Positions 20,894-33,873 of a DNA stretch of 64,000 nt are shown here, piece by piece. Within the stretch, counting starts at the first letter, position 1. Each line of letters begins with the position of its first letter. Location of the stretch: assembly GCA_043812195.1 (NCBI GenBank), contig JBDRML010000045.1, forward strand, positions 972-64,971, written 5' to 3'. The position numbers were made by a program, and so were the translations under genes. Origin of the DNA: Candidatus Woesearchaeota archaeon (lineage in GTDB: Archaea > Nanobdellota > Nanobdellia > SCGC-AAA011-G17 > PNOQ01). Below the pieces are notes generated by a model that did no database searches, was not told the DNA's origin, and was given only the letters and a program-made list of their open reading frames with translations.

Positions 20894-23281
20894 TTAAACA
20901 ACTTTTCCAACACTAACTACTTTATCGCCTTCACCAAGTTTCATTAATCTAACACCTTGTGTATTTCTTCCAACTTTAGCAATGTTTTCAGCTTTAACTC
21001 TAATCAAAACACCTTTCTTACTAACTAACATTAATTCATCACTAGAAACTACAGATCTAATCTCAATAACTTTACCATTTCTTTCAGAAGTCTTAATATT
21101 AATCACACCCTTTCCACCACGATTTATTAATCTATAATCATCAATAGATGTTCTTTTACCATAACCTTTCTCACAAACACTTAAAATATCATTTTTAGCA
21201 AAGCACATTCCAACAACTCTATCATTAACTAATTTGATAGCCTTCACACCTTGACCGTTTCTTCCAACAACTCTAACTTGTTTTTCATCAAATCTAGCAG
21301 CACGACCATTAGCAGTAGCAACCAATAACTCTTGATTACCATCGCTTAAAATAGAACTAACCAATTTATCTCCTTGTTTTAAATGAATTGCAATTATTCC
21401 ACCTTTTCTTGGTCTAGAATATTCACTCAATTTAGTTCTCTTAACCAATCCTTTTTTAGTAAGCATAGTTACAAATAAATCATCTCTAAATTCAGACACA
21501 GGCAACACAGAATTAATCTGCTCATCTTTACTTAATTTTAATAAATTAACCAAATTAGTTCCCCTAGCATATCTACCAAAACTAGGTATCTGATAAGCCT
21601 TCATCCAATAACATGTTCCTTTATCACTAAATAATAAAAGATAATTATGTGTATTTGTAATAAATAAATCATCAACAAAATCATTATCTTTCATAGCAGT
21701 TGCCTTAATGCCTCTTCCACCACGCCCTTGAGTTTTATACTCTTCCATAGCAATTCTATTTACATATCCAGCATTACTTACAGTCACAACCACATCTTCT
21801 TTCTTAATCAAATCCTCATCCTCAATATTCTCTTCACTTTCAACAATTTTAGTTCTTCTCTCATCACCATAATTTTTTCTTATTTCTTTTAATTCATTTT
21901 CAATTATTCCATAAACTTTTTGATCATCACCAAGAATTTCTTTATAATAAATAATTCTCTTAATTAATTCATCATATTCATCTTTAATCTTGTTAGTTTC
22001 TAAAGAAGTCAATCTATGCAATCTCATTTCTAAAATAGCATTAGCTTGTACTTCATCAAACTCAAATCTTTTAATCAATCCAATTCTAGCTTCATTCACA
22101 TCTTTACTTCCTTTAATCAATGAAACAATAGGATCAATGTTCTCCAAAGCTTTTTTCAATCCAACTAAAATATGGGCTCTTTTTTCAGCCTTATCTAAAT
22201 CAAATTTAGTTCTTCTTACAACAACTTCAAATCTATGTTTAAGAAATTCATTCAAAATTTCTTTCAAACCTAAAAGTTTAGGCTCATTATTAACTAAAGC
22301 CAATAAATTAATACCAAAACTAACTTGTAATTGGCTGTGTTTATATAATTGATTTAAAATTAATTCTCCATTAGCATTCTTCTTCAAAATAATAACAACT
22401 CTCATTCCTTTTTGGTCACTTTCATCTCTAATATCTGATATTCCTTCAATAGTTCCATTTTTAACTAGATCAGCAATTTGCTCAATTAAATTAGTCTTAT
22501 TAACTTGATACGGAATCTCATTAATAATTATTTTATTATCTTCAATATCACAAACAGATTTAACTTTTATAATCCCTTTTCCATTATTATAAGCATTCAA
22601 TAAACCACCAGAATAAATTATTCCTCCAGTAGGAAAATCAGGACCTTTCACATACTGCATCAATTCAATAGTTGTAATTTCTCTATTTTTAATTAATTCA
22701 ATTATGGCATCTATAACTTCAGTAATATTATGCGGAGGAATATTCGTAGCCATTCCAACTGCAATTCCAGAAGATCCATTTATCAATAAATTAGGCAACT
22801 TAGAAGGTAAAACAACAGGCTCTTTCAAACTCCCATCAAAATTATCCACAAAATCAACAGTATCTTTATCAATATCAATTAATAACTCTTCAGCTAATTT
22901 AGTTAATTTAGCTTCAGTATATCTCATATGTGCAGCCGAATCTCCGTCGATCGATCCCCAATTTCCTTGTCCATTTATCAAAGGATATCTTAAAGAAAAA
23001 TTCTGAGCCATTCTAACCAAGGCGTCATAAATAGATATATCTCCATGTGGATGATATCGTCCTAAACAATCCCCGACAATCCTAGCTGATTTCTTAAAAG
23101 GTTTATTATGAAACATTCCCATTTCATTCATTGCATACAGAATCCTTCTATGAACAGGTTTTAACCCATCACAAACATTAGGCAAAGCTCTTCCAACTAT
23201 AACAGACATAGCATAATCTATATAAGATTCCTTCATCTCTTCTTCAATAAACCTATCCTTAACTCTATCCGCCAACTTCAA
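20894..23281 (-). CDS. gyrA: DNA gyrase subunit A
   Basis: [28 protein letters not shown], active-site Tyr region and C-terminal beta-pinwheel repeats. Confidence 0.95.
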   Translation of the reverse strand: MKLADRVKDRFIEEEMKESYIDYAMSVIVGRALPNVCDGLKPVHRRILYAMNEMGMFHNKPFKKSARIVGDCLGRYHPHGDISIYDALVRMAQNFSLRYPLINGQGNWGSIDGDSAAHMRYTEAKLTKLAEELLIDIDKDTVDFVDNFDGSLKEPVVLPSKLPNLLINGSSGIAVGMATNIPPHNITEVIDAIIELIKNREITTIELMQYVKGPDFPTGGIIYSGGLLNAYNNGKGIIKVKSVCDIEDNKIIINEIPYQVNKTNLIEQIADLVKNGTIEGISDIRDESDQKGMRVVIILKKNANGELILNQLYKHSQLQVSFGINLLALVNNEPKLLGLKEILNEFLKHRFEVVVRRTKFDLDKAEKRAHILVGLKKALENIDPIVSLIKGSKDVNEARIGLIKRFEFDEVQANAILEMRLHRLTSLETNKIKDEYDELIKRIIYYKEILGDDQKVYGIIENELKEIRKNYGDERRTKIVESEENIEDEDLIKKEDVVVTVSNAGYVNRIAMEEYKTQGRGGRGIKATAMKDNDFVDDLFITNTHNYLLLFSDKGTCYWMKAYQIPSFGRYARGTNLVNLLKLSKDEQINSVLPVSEFRDDLFVTMLTKKGLVKRTKLSEYSRPRKGGIIAIHLKQGDKLVSSILSDGNQELLVATANGRAARFDEKQVRVVGRNGQGVKAIKLVNDRVVGMCFAKNDILSVCEKGYGKRTSIDDYRLINRGGKGVINIKTSERNGKVIEIRSVVSSDELMLVSKKGVLIRVKAENIAKVGRNTQGVRLMKLGEGDKVVSVGKVV

Positions 23282-23851
23282 CTCCTAATTTCTTTAAATC
23301 TTCAGCCAATTGTTCATAATTTTCAAATTTAATGCATTTAATTCCGTATTTAGAATATGCTTCAATAGTTCTTTCAGAATCATCCACAAAAACAATTTCA
23401 TCTTTCTCAACACCCAACTTTTTAATAATTAAATCAATAGATTCATTATCTGGCTTTTTTACTTTATCTCTATTGCTTACAACAGCTTCAGCTATCTCTT
23501 CAAAGTTCCATAATTCTAATTCTTTCTTATACATATCTTCAATAGTGTTTGTTAAAATTCCTATCTTATAGTTCTTCTTTAAATCTAGTATAAGTTTTTT
23601 TATTCTTTCATCAAGCTTTATGTCTACAAGATAAGATTTAGCTTCCTCAATACTGCAACCAATCCTATCAGCAATTAATTTATAAAAATCAGCACAGCTC
23701 ATCTTATCAACTTTAGTCTTATTCCAGCCATCTCTAAATTCCTCAAAAAACTTAGTAAATTCCTTACCATGTTTTATACAAGCATTCTCAACAAATCTAT
23801 AAAAATCAGCAGAATAGACAACTCCACCCAAATCAAAAACAATAGCTTTTA

Positions 23852-23855
<4 letters not shown>
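23265..23855 (-). CDS. HAD-superfamily hydrolase
   Basis: [13 protein letters not shown] motif I and a downstream DD motif. Confidence 0.7.
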
Positions 23856-27027
<3,172 letters not shown>

Positions 27028-27188
27028 AATACTTTATAAAGCTTTCTGCCAGAATTTGGCCGTTTCAAGCCCTCTAGAGCCAATATTCAATTTTAGAAAA
27101 TTCATTTAAAAAGAGCATTAAAAATCTCAAATTTAATTAAAAACAACAACATTTATAAAACATTACAATTCACTATTTCCGGTTAAAA

Positions 27189-27512
27189 ATGGAAGAAAAA
27201 TTAGTAACAATCATAAAAAAATTTGCAACGACAGATTTTATGTTTGGTAATACAGAAGATACATTAATTAAAATAGATCTGGAAAATATACCCTTTTTAG
27301 ATGAAAAAGTAGAAATTTATATGGATAAAAGGGGAACTCTTATGCAAAAAATAAGTGGCCCTCAAGCACAAAACAGCAATGCTCCAAAAGATTATGAAGG
27401 AAATAAATATATAACTTTTAATCATACTAATTCTGGATCAAGATTCACAGAAACTCATAAAGAATTGCTTGCTAAGAATTTAGAAACACTTAGAAGATAT
27501 CTAGATGAATAA
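27189..27512 (+). CDS. Hypothetical protein
   Basis: 107-aa ORF. Confidence 0.35.
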   Translation: MEEKLVTIIKKFATTDFMFGNTEDTLIKIDLENIPFLDEKVEIYMDKRGTLMQKISGPQAQNSNAPKDYEGNKYITFNHTNSGSRFTETHKELLAKNLETLRRYLDE

Positions 27513-27543
27513 CTATTTATATTCTTAAATTTAATTATTAAGC

Positions 27544-27897
27544 ATGAAAATCATACTTGATACAGACTTTTTAGTAAACGCAGTAAAATATAAAATAGAC
27601 ATAGATGAAGAACTAAAAAGAAATCTAGATTCAACCTTTGATATTTTCATTATAGACAAAACTATAGATGAACTAAAAGGAATAAACAATTTAAACTCAA
27701 AAATAGCCATAAAATTAATCAATTTCAAACAATATAAAATTCTAAAAACAAAAAAAGACAAAATAGTAGATGAATTAATCAAACAAATAGCCACAAAAAA
27801 AGATATAGTAGCAACTCAAGACAAAGAACTAAAAAAATCTCTAAATGAAAAACTAATAAAGACAGTTTCTATTAGACAAAAGAAGTATATAAGATAG
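27544..27897 (+). CDS. PIN-domain protein (VapC-like nuclease)
   Basis: MKIILDTDFL N-terminal acidic motif and C-terminal VATQDKELKK motif. Confidence 0.55.
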   Translation: MKIILDTDFLVNAVKYKIDIDEELKRNLDSTFDIFIIDKTIDELKGINNLNSKIAIKLINFKQYKILKTKKDKIVDELIKQIATKKDIVATQDKELKKSLNEKLIKTVSIRQKKYIR

Positions 27898-27928
27898 TTT
27901 TTTAAACTTTAACAACCTAAAACAGAGT

Positions 27929-28228
27929 ATGTATAATTTATACGCCACAGATACTTTTAAAAAAATTTATGATTCTATAGATAAAAGTGGAAAAATATGA
28001 ATTGATAAAACTAAAAAGAAATTAAAAGAAAATCCTACAAGAAAAGCACTTCATTTTAATTAGTTTAGTGAAAAGAAATATCTAAATAAAAGACTTTATT
28101 TTATAGTAAATAAAAAAAACCAGAAAATCTTATTCTTATCATTTGCTTCAAAAAAAAGAACAACAAAATATCATAGACTTCGTAACAAAAAAAAAGAAGA
28201 ATTATTAGAACATTTAAAAAATCTTTAA
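27929..28228 (+). pseudogene. RelE/ParE-like toxin reading frame interrupted by in-frame TGA (27998) and TAG (28061)
   Basis: Hand-translated single frame: MYNLYATDTFKKIYDSIDKSGKI*IDKTKKKLKENPTRKALHFN*FSEKKYLNKRLYFIVNKKNQKILFLSFASKK..., resembling the RelE/ParE layout. Confidence 0.35.
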
Positions 28229-28359
28229 TCAAACTTACTTACTTTTCCATGTTTCAAGTCCTCTAAACTTAATTTAAGTTGAACTATTGCATCATCAGCT
28301 ATTTCAGCTTTTCTTTTCAACATTTCCAATTCTCCTTTAGGGATACTAACTGTTTTCAT
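28225..28359 (-). CDS. Small ORF (44 aa), antitoxin-like
   Basis: Hand-translated as MKTVSIPKGELEMLKRKAEIADDAIVQLKLSLEDLKHGKVSKFD, VapB/RHH-like in character. Convergent with the RelE-like pseudogene. Confidence 0.3.
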   Translation of the reverse strand: MKTVSIPKGELEMLKRKAEIADDAIVQLKLSLEDLKHGKVSKFD

Positions 28360-28478
28360 AATAAAATTGATTATAATTCTTGCTTATATATTTTTCTAAT
28401 AAAAATAATTTCTATAAGACAGAAGAAGCATTTAAGATAAAAAGATAAGCTTTTAAGATTTTCTAATATCTCTAAAAT

Positions 28479-29291
28479 ATGAAGAAAGATTCAGAATGGC
28501 ACCAAAAGATAATGCTAGAAGATAAAGTAAGAGAAAGAATTAGAGAAGAATTAAGAGATATAGCTATATTAACTCCAACTTCTCCACCAGAACGAAGAAG
28601 TTTTGGTGGTTTTCATTTTATATATCCCAAACCAACAAAACCAGACCAATTAAAAACAAGATATAGTCAACTAATTAGTGAGGTAGAAAAAACATATACT
28701 GATCTCACTAATAATTTAAGGGAACTAACATCGGAAAATGTCAGATTATTAGAAAAACTTTATCAGACCATAGATGATAAATTCGGGAAAAATATACGAA
28801 CTTACTTAGTAGAAAACGACGATCTTAAAAAATTTATTGAAGAAAATTATGTAAAAAGCAGAACCGAAACCAAAATTATATCAATAAAAAAAGATGAAGA
28901 ATGGAGAATGGAGTGCAAAGATAAAATTAAAAAAGCTATTTTTAAAAAGATTCCAACAATAGAGGAGCAAACACACACAATAGAAATTGATCCTGAATGG
29001 AAAAAAGATAATAAAGCTATAAAAATGCTAAGAGTAATGTATAACTTATTACCAGATTGTGAAAATGGCGCAAAAAGCGTTTTTGATTCTTGGCAAAAAT
29101 TAGCAAAAAACGATAAAGAGATAGATTCATTAATTGAATCTTTAGAAACCGGCCCGATAGAGAGAAAGAGTGCAAGGTCTGATTTAAAATATTTAAGCTC
29201 CTTTACCCCTCCTTATAGAGTTAGTTCTGCAAAAACCCTAATAGAAAATGTAGAGAAAGCTAAAAATTACTTTGCAGGAGTTTTTATTTAA
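28479..29291 (+). CDS. Hypothetical protein
   Basis: 270-aa charged ORF. Confidence 0.4.
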   Translation: MKKDSEWHQKIMLEDKVRERIREELRDIAILTPTSPPERRSFGGFHFIYPKPTKPDQLKTRYSQLISEVEKTYTDLTNNLRELTSENVRLLEKLYQTIDDKFGKNIRTYLVENDDLKKFIEENYVKSRTETKIISIKKDEEWRMECKDKIKKAIFKKIPTIEEQTHTIEIDPEWKKDNKAIKMLRVMYNLLPDCENGAKSVFDSWQKLAKNDKEIDSLIESLETGPIERKSARSDLKYLSSFTPPYRVSSAKTLIENVEKAKNYFAGVFI

Positions 29292-29925
29292 AATGACTCA
29301 AAAAACACACGACATAGGTTTCCTATTAGCAGGAGAAAACAAAGAAAAAAGACCTAGATCTAATCATACAATAGATATTTTTAGAAAGGGGAGAATAGGT
29401 TATATATTTGTATCTGGTGGGCCAGGCGCAGAAGCAAAATCTGTTCCTATAATAAGTGAGGCACAAAAAATTGCCAATTATTTAAATTTAGGTGGAATAC
29501 CTTCAAACAGAATTTATTTTGATGGAAGATCATTCGAAACTTTAGGAAATATTACTTTTCCTTGTGCAGATCCAATTAAGGGAAATCCAAAAATAGACGA
29601 CCTAGAATCAATTTTAATGATAACAGAAGAAAAACATATGGAAAGAGTTCCATCATATGCCGAATTAGTTATACCAAAAGAAAAATTATCATACGAATCA
29701 ACAAATGGTTTTTATAAACCAAATCCATTCTTAGAACCATATCACATAGCAATGCTACATAGATTAAGAGGAATTAAAGAGCCAAATCCAAAAAGAATTA
29801 TTGAGTTCTTGCAAAAAGAAAACCCAATTTATCAAAAAGAGTGGTTTAATTCAGATATGAAAACAAGATATGCAAAATTAGCCTTAGCAATAGCTAAATG
29901 GAGTTTTGGAAGATCTTTTTCCTAA
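29272..29925 (+). CDS. DUF218 (YdcF/SanA-like) domain protein
   Basis: IFVSGGPGAE...SEAQKIANYL...ETLGNITF matches the DUF218 core. The true start is probably the Met at ~29293. Confidence 0.5.
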   Translation: MQEFLFKMTQKTHDIGFLLAGENKEKRPRSNHTIDIFRKGRIGYIFVSGGPGAEAKSVPIISEAQKIANYLNLGGIPSNRIYFDGRSFETLGNITFPCADPIKGNPKIDDLESILMITEEKHMERVPSYAELVIPKEKLSYESTNGFYKPNPFLEPYHIAMLHRLRGIKEPNPKRIIEFLQKENPIYQKEWFNSDMKTRYAKLALAIAKWSFGRSFS

Positions 29926-30464
29926 TTATACTTAGGAGTCTTCAACAATCTTTTCTTAACAGAAACATCATCCCCAGATTTAACACCAGCAAACAACACT
30001 CCAGCAAAGGCCAAACCTTCACTTTCAGATAAATATCTTTTATTTCTCCATTTAGACAAAAAATTAGTTCTAGATTTAACTCCAACAATTTTATATTTTT
30101 CCCCAAACACATGTTTAAAAATATAAAGTGACCTTTTTAAATGATAATCAGAAGTAACAATAATAATATTCTTCCATTTATTCTTCTTAATAATAGATTT
30201 AGAAAAAACCGCATTTCCAATTGTATCCTTAGATTTTTCTTCAATAAATAAATCTTTAGATTTTACTCCCAAACCAACAGCATATTTCTTCATTAAATAA
30301 GAAATCGATTTGCCATTAAAAATACCGCCAGACATCAGAATTTTATTAGAAACTCTTTTTTTATACAATTTAACTGCTTTTTTAACTCTAGACTTAGTTT
30401 CTTTATCAATATCATTTTTATTAAAACCACAACTTAAAATTATAATAACATCTGCTTTATTCAT
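29922..30464 (-). CDS. DUF218 (YdcF/SanA-like) domain protein, second copy
   Basis: ILMSGGIFNGKS...KDTIGNAVF...VTSDYHLKRS; convergent with the first copy. Confidence 0.55.
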   Translation of the reverse strand: MNKADVIIILSCGFNKNDIDKETKSRVKKAVKLYKKRVSNKILMSGGIFNGKSISYLMKKYAVGLGVKSKDLFIEEKSKDTIGNAVFSKSIIKKNKWKNIIIVTSDYHLKRSLYIFKHVFGEKYKIVGVKSRTNFLSKWRNKRYLSESEGLAFAGVLFAGVKSGDDVSVKKRLLKTPKYN

Positions 30465-30548
30465 AACAATATTTCAAAAAAGACTTTTATTAACTTTTCT
30501 AATCCTCAACAGTAAGCTTTATAAAACCCGCCTTTTAACTTATTATCT

Positions 30549-31103
30549 ATGTTTTACGAACTAGAAATTAAAGATCATATAAGAGTAGACCCAAAATCTT
30601 TTAATGAAGATGTAGAAGCATCTGTTTTAAAGAGTCTTATTGAAAGATTTGAAGGTTACATATCAGAAGAGTTGGGTTTTGTAATTGGAATATCAGAAAT
30701 CCAATCTATTGGAGAAGGCATAATAACTCCTGGAGACGGAGCAGCCTACTACGAAACAACATTTATAATTACAACTTTCAAACCAGAAATACACGAAACT
30801 ATAGTAGGAAAAATAACAGATATAACAGAATTCGGAGCATTTATAGATATGGGCCCTGCAGATGGAATGATTCATATATCACAGACAATGGATGATTTTG
30901 TTTCATTAAGCAAAGAAAAAGTATTAACAGGAAAAGAATCAAAGAAAATTTTAAAAGTAAATGATATATGCAGAGCAAGAATAGTTGCAATATCATATAA
31001 AGACACAGCAAATCCTAAAATAGGTTTAACAATGAGACAACCTTTATTAGGAAACATTAAATGGATTGAAGAAGAATTAAAAGAAGCAAAAAAAGGTAAA
31101 TAA
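30549..31103 (+). CDS. rpo7: DNA-directed RNA polymerase subunit Rpo7 (E')
   Basis: MFYELEIKDHIRVDPKSF N-terminal domain plus an S1 fold. Confidence 0.85.
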   Translation: MFYELEIKDHIRVDPKSFNEDVEASVLKSLIERFEGYISEELGFVIGISEIQSIGEGIITPGDGAAYYETTFIITTFKPEIHETIVGKITDITEFGAFIDMGPADGMIHISQTMDDFVSLSKEKVLTGKESKKILKVNDICRARIVAISYKDTANPKIGLTMRQPLLGNIKWIEEELKEAKKGK

Positions 31104-31105
31104 AA

Positions 31106-31288
31106 ATGGCAAAAAAAGTATGTAAAAAATGTAAAATCTTCATCGATGGAGATAAATGTCCTATTTGTAAATTAAATCAATTCTCAGAAAACTGGAAAGG
31201 AAAAATAGCAATAATGGATCCAGAAAGATCAGAAATAGCACAAAAATTAGGAATCAAAGTAAAAGGAGTCTACGCTATTAAAGTTTAA
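31106..31288 (+). CDS. spt4: Spt4 / RNA polymerase subunit E''
   Basis: Zinc ribbon CKKCKIF...CPICK and the conserved gene order after rpo7. Confidence 0.75.
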   Translation: MAKKVCKKCKIFIDGDKCPICKLNQFSENWKGKIAIMDPERSEIAQKLGIKVKGVYAIKV

Positions 31289-31290
31289 AA

Positions 31291-31704
31291 ATGAAAATTC
31301 TAGAAAAAAATCAATCAGAGTTAATTGCAAGAACAGAAATAATAGCAGAAGTAGAACACACTGCAAAACCTACACCATCAGAAGAAACAATAAAAGAGAA
31401 TCTATCAAAAGAACTTAAAATAGAAAAAGATTTAATAATAATAAAACACATATTCTCAAAATTTGGAGAAGGAAAATCAAAAATAATAGCTTACACTTAC
31501 AAAGATAAAGAAACTTTAAAAAGAGTAGAAAAAAAATCTAAAAAACAAAGAAAAGCAGAAAAAGAAGCAGCTAAAAAGAAAGCAGCTCCAAAAGAAGAAA
31601 AAACTCAAGAAACTAAAGTAAAGGAGCCAAAAGCTAAAGAACCTAAAAAAGAAGAAGTAAAAGAAAATGCCAAAGAAACAAACAAAGAACAAGAGAACAA
31701 GTAA
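31291..31704 (+). CDS. rps24e: Ribosomal protein S24e with K/E-rich C-terminal extension
   Basis: NQSELIARTEIIAEVEH...TPS...IIAYTYKDKETLK core. Confidence 0.75.
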   Translation: MKILEKNQSELIARTEIIAEVEHTAKPTPSEETIKENLSKELKIEKDLIIIKHIFSKFGEGKSKIIAYTYKDKETLKRVEKKSKKQRKAEKEAAKKKAAPKEEKTQETKVKEPKAKEPKKEEVKENAKETNKEQENK

Positions 31705-31855
31705 AAAGTTCGAAAAGTACAAAATGGAAGGAGATACTCTAAAAAGATCTCCAAATTGTCCTAAATGTGGACCAGCATTCTTCCTAGCAAATCATACAAA
31801 TAGATTATATTGCGGCAAGTGCCATTACGTCGAGATAAAAGCTAAAAAGAACTAA
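31667..31855 (+). CDS. rps27ae: Ribosomal protein S27ae
   Basis: CPKCGPAFFLANHTNRLYCGKCHY zinc ribbon; overlaps the S24e 3' end out of frame. Confidence 0.75.
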   Translation: MPKKQTKNKRTSKKFEKYKMEGDTLKRSPNCPKCGPAFFLANHTNRLYCGKCHYVEIKAKKN

Positions 31856-32039
31856 TTTTATGTAACCATTATAAAGTGGCGAATAAACCGAAACCTTTAT
31901 AAATAACCTGTAATTTATATGATTATCACCTCTTTTTCCCCATAAGAAGATTTCGATCTTTTTGTGGGGTTTTACACTCGAACAGATAGAACTCTCTTAA
32001 AAATAAACATTTATAAACAACCAATATCTAAACACTAAT

Positions 32040-32756
32040 ATGCAAGATCAACTACTAGATATGCTTCTTAAAAAAGATGAAATTACTTGGCAAGATTTAA
32101 TCTATGATTTAGTAAAATCTGAAAAAATGAACCCTTGGGACATAGATGTCTCTATCTTATCTAAAAAATATTTAGAAACAATAAGAAAAATTCAAGAAAT
32201 AAATTTTTTCATATCAGGAAGAGTTATTTTAGCAGCAGCAATCCTATTAAAAATCAAATCTCAAAAATTATTATCAGAAGGAATCAGAGATTTTGATGCA
32301 AGTTTATTCTATTCACCTGAAGAAGACCAAGAATTAATAGAACAATTAAATGAAGAAGAACAACAAATATTAGTTCATCCAAAATTAACAATTAAAACTC
32401 CTTTAACTAGAAAAAGAAAAGTTCTGTTACAAGATTTAGTTCAAGCACTAGAAAAAGCATTAGAAGTAGATACAAGAAGAAAAAAGAGAAATATAATTTA
32501 TAGAGACATACCACAAGGTATAAAAATACCAGATAGAAAAATAGATATAGGTGAAAAAATAAAAAGCCTTTATGAAAAAATAACAACACTTTTCAAAACA
32601 GGAAATAAACTTACATTCACTACATTAATACCATCACAAAAAAAAGAAGACAAAGTAGCGACATTCATCCCATTATTACACCTAGAAACCCAAAACAAAA
32701 TAAACATGGAACAACAAATTCCGTTTGGAGAAATCCAAATACAATTAATAAAATGA
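32040..32756 (+). CDS. scpA: Segregation and condensation protein A (kleisin ScpA)
   Basis: N-terminal LLDMLLKKDEITWQDL...NPWDIDV motif; ~240 aa. Confidence 0.7.
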   Translation: MQDQLLDMLLKKDEITWQDLIYDLVKSEKMNPWDIDVSILSKKYLETIRKIQEINFFISGRVILAAAILLKIKSQKLLSEGIRDFDASLFYSPEEDQELIEQLNEEEQQILVHPKLTIKTPLTRKRKVLLQDLVQALEKALEVDTRRKKRNIIYRDIPQGIKIPDRKIDIGEKIKSLYEKITTLFKTGNKLTFTTLIPSQKKEDKVATFIPLLHLETQNKINMEQQIPFGEIQIQLIK

Positions 32757-32760
32757 AAAT

Positions 32761-33063
32761 ATGAAAAAAACAAAAAACTCAAAGGAACTAGAAAAAATCA
32801 AGAAGCCAATAATCAAAGTTTTAAAAAAATATAAAATTAAAAAGGCTGGAATATTCGGAAGTTTCGTAAGGAATGAGCAGAAAAAAAACAGCGATGTTGA
32901 TATTTTGATTCAACCAACAAAAGATATGAGCTTATTGTTGTTCATCCATGTAAAACATGAACTGGAAGATAAACTGCACAAAAAAATAGATTTGGTTAGT
33001 TATAAAGGCATTCATCCTCTACTTAAAAAACAGATACTGCAAGAGGAGGTAAAAATTATATGA
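32761..33063 (+). CDS. Nucleotidyltransferase (MntA-like antitoxin)
   Basis: GIFGSFVRNEQKKNSDVDILI GS...DxD motif. Confidence 0.75.
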   Translation: MKKTKNSKELEKIKKPIIKVLKKYKIKKAGIFGSFVRNEQKKNSDVDILIQPTKDMSLLLFIHVKHELEDKLHKKIDLVSYKGIHPLLKKQILQEEVKII

Positions 33064-33422
33064 AAAGAAGTTTAGATTTATTTATAAAAGATATATTAGA
33101 TAGTATAAAGAATATAGAAATTTTCATGAAAAATATTTCAAAAGAACATTTCCTTAAAAATAGAGAAAAGCAAAATGCAGTAATTAGAGAAATAGAAATA
33201 GTTGGAGAAGCTGTCAAAAACATTCCAAATTCTTTTAGGAGTAAATATCCTGATATTCCTTGGAGAGATATTTCTGGGATTAGAGATATAATAACTCACG
33301 GATATTTCAGAATAGATTTAGAAACGGTTTGGAAAGTAATAGAAGATGATCTTCCAGACTTAAAACAAAAAATAAAAAAAATAAAAAAAGATTTAGAGAA
33401 AGAAGAAAAGGATAAAAAATGA
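33060..33422 (+). CDS. HepT-like (DUF86) HEPN toxin
   Basis: RDIITHGYF Rx4HxY motif; overlaps the MNT gene by 4 nt. Confidence 0.75.
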   Translation: MKRSLDLFIKDILDSIKNIEIFMKNISKEHFLKNREKQNAVIREIEIVGEAVKNIPNSFRSKYPDIPWRDISGIRDIITHGYFRIDLETVWKVIEDDLPDLKQKIKKIKKDLEKEEKDKK

Positions 33423-33613
33423 TAGAAATAATATTACTCATAGCAATTCTCTTATTCGTAATATTCTGGATGTGGATGTTAGCAGATGTAGCCATAACCC
33501 CCCATAATTCAAGAGCAAAAAGAAGAATATGGCTTTTATTAGTTGGTTTCACATTTTTTCCAGGAGCATTAATATATTATATATTTAACAAAAGAAGGAG
33601 GTCAAGCAAATGA
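33419..33613 (+). CDS. Small membrane protein of the PLDc_N (PLD-nuclease N-terminal) family
   Basis: Two TM helices: IFWMWMLADV...W..LLVGFTFFPGALIYYIF. Confidence 0.5.
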   Translation: MIEIILLIAILLFVIFWMWMLADVAITPHNSRAKRRIWLLLVGFTFFPGALIYYIFNKRRRSSK

Positions 33614-33873
33614 TGAAAGAAATTAAAAAGGTATCACTAAAAAGCCTTATGCTCGTAACAGGTATATTGGGTTTATTAGTTGGTTTAGCTTATTCTGTTA
33701 TCTTTGGTGTATTATTAAGCTCATTAACAGGAATACCATCATCAACAGTTGGTGAAATAATCTATCTTACAATAGCTTTCGGAATTGGTTCAGCACTTAT
33801 GTGGCTAATTTATGGTATATTATATAATTACCTCGCAGTTCCATTAATTGGTGGAATAAAAATAGACATTTAA
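33610..33873 (+). CDS. Small membrane protein
   Basis: 87 aa, mostly hydrophobic helices. Confidence 0.4.
   Translation: MMKEIKKVSLKSLMLVTGILGLLVGLAYSVIFGVLLSSLTGIPSSTVGEIIYLTIAFGIGSALMWLIYGILYNYLAVPLIGGIKIDI

Noticed and set aside
27929-28228. Stop-codon reassignment (alternative genetic code) explaining in-frame stops
   Set aside because: Two different stop codons (TGA and TAG) interrupt the frame, and all the convincingly identified genes in the window use standard stops. A pseudogene is more parsimonious.
31856-32040. Possible tRNA or small RNA in the S27ae-scpA intergenic region (hairpin CCCCAtaagaagatttcgatctttttgTGGGG)
   Set aside because: No cloverleaf can be built. It is more likely a terminator-like hairpin followed by a T-run.
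31516-32589. ORFs 31516-31722 (-) and 32407-32589 (-), F/L-rich
   Set aside because: They are antisense to K/E-rich coding regions (the S24e tail and scpA). These are typical shadow ORFs of AAG/GAA-rich sequence.
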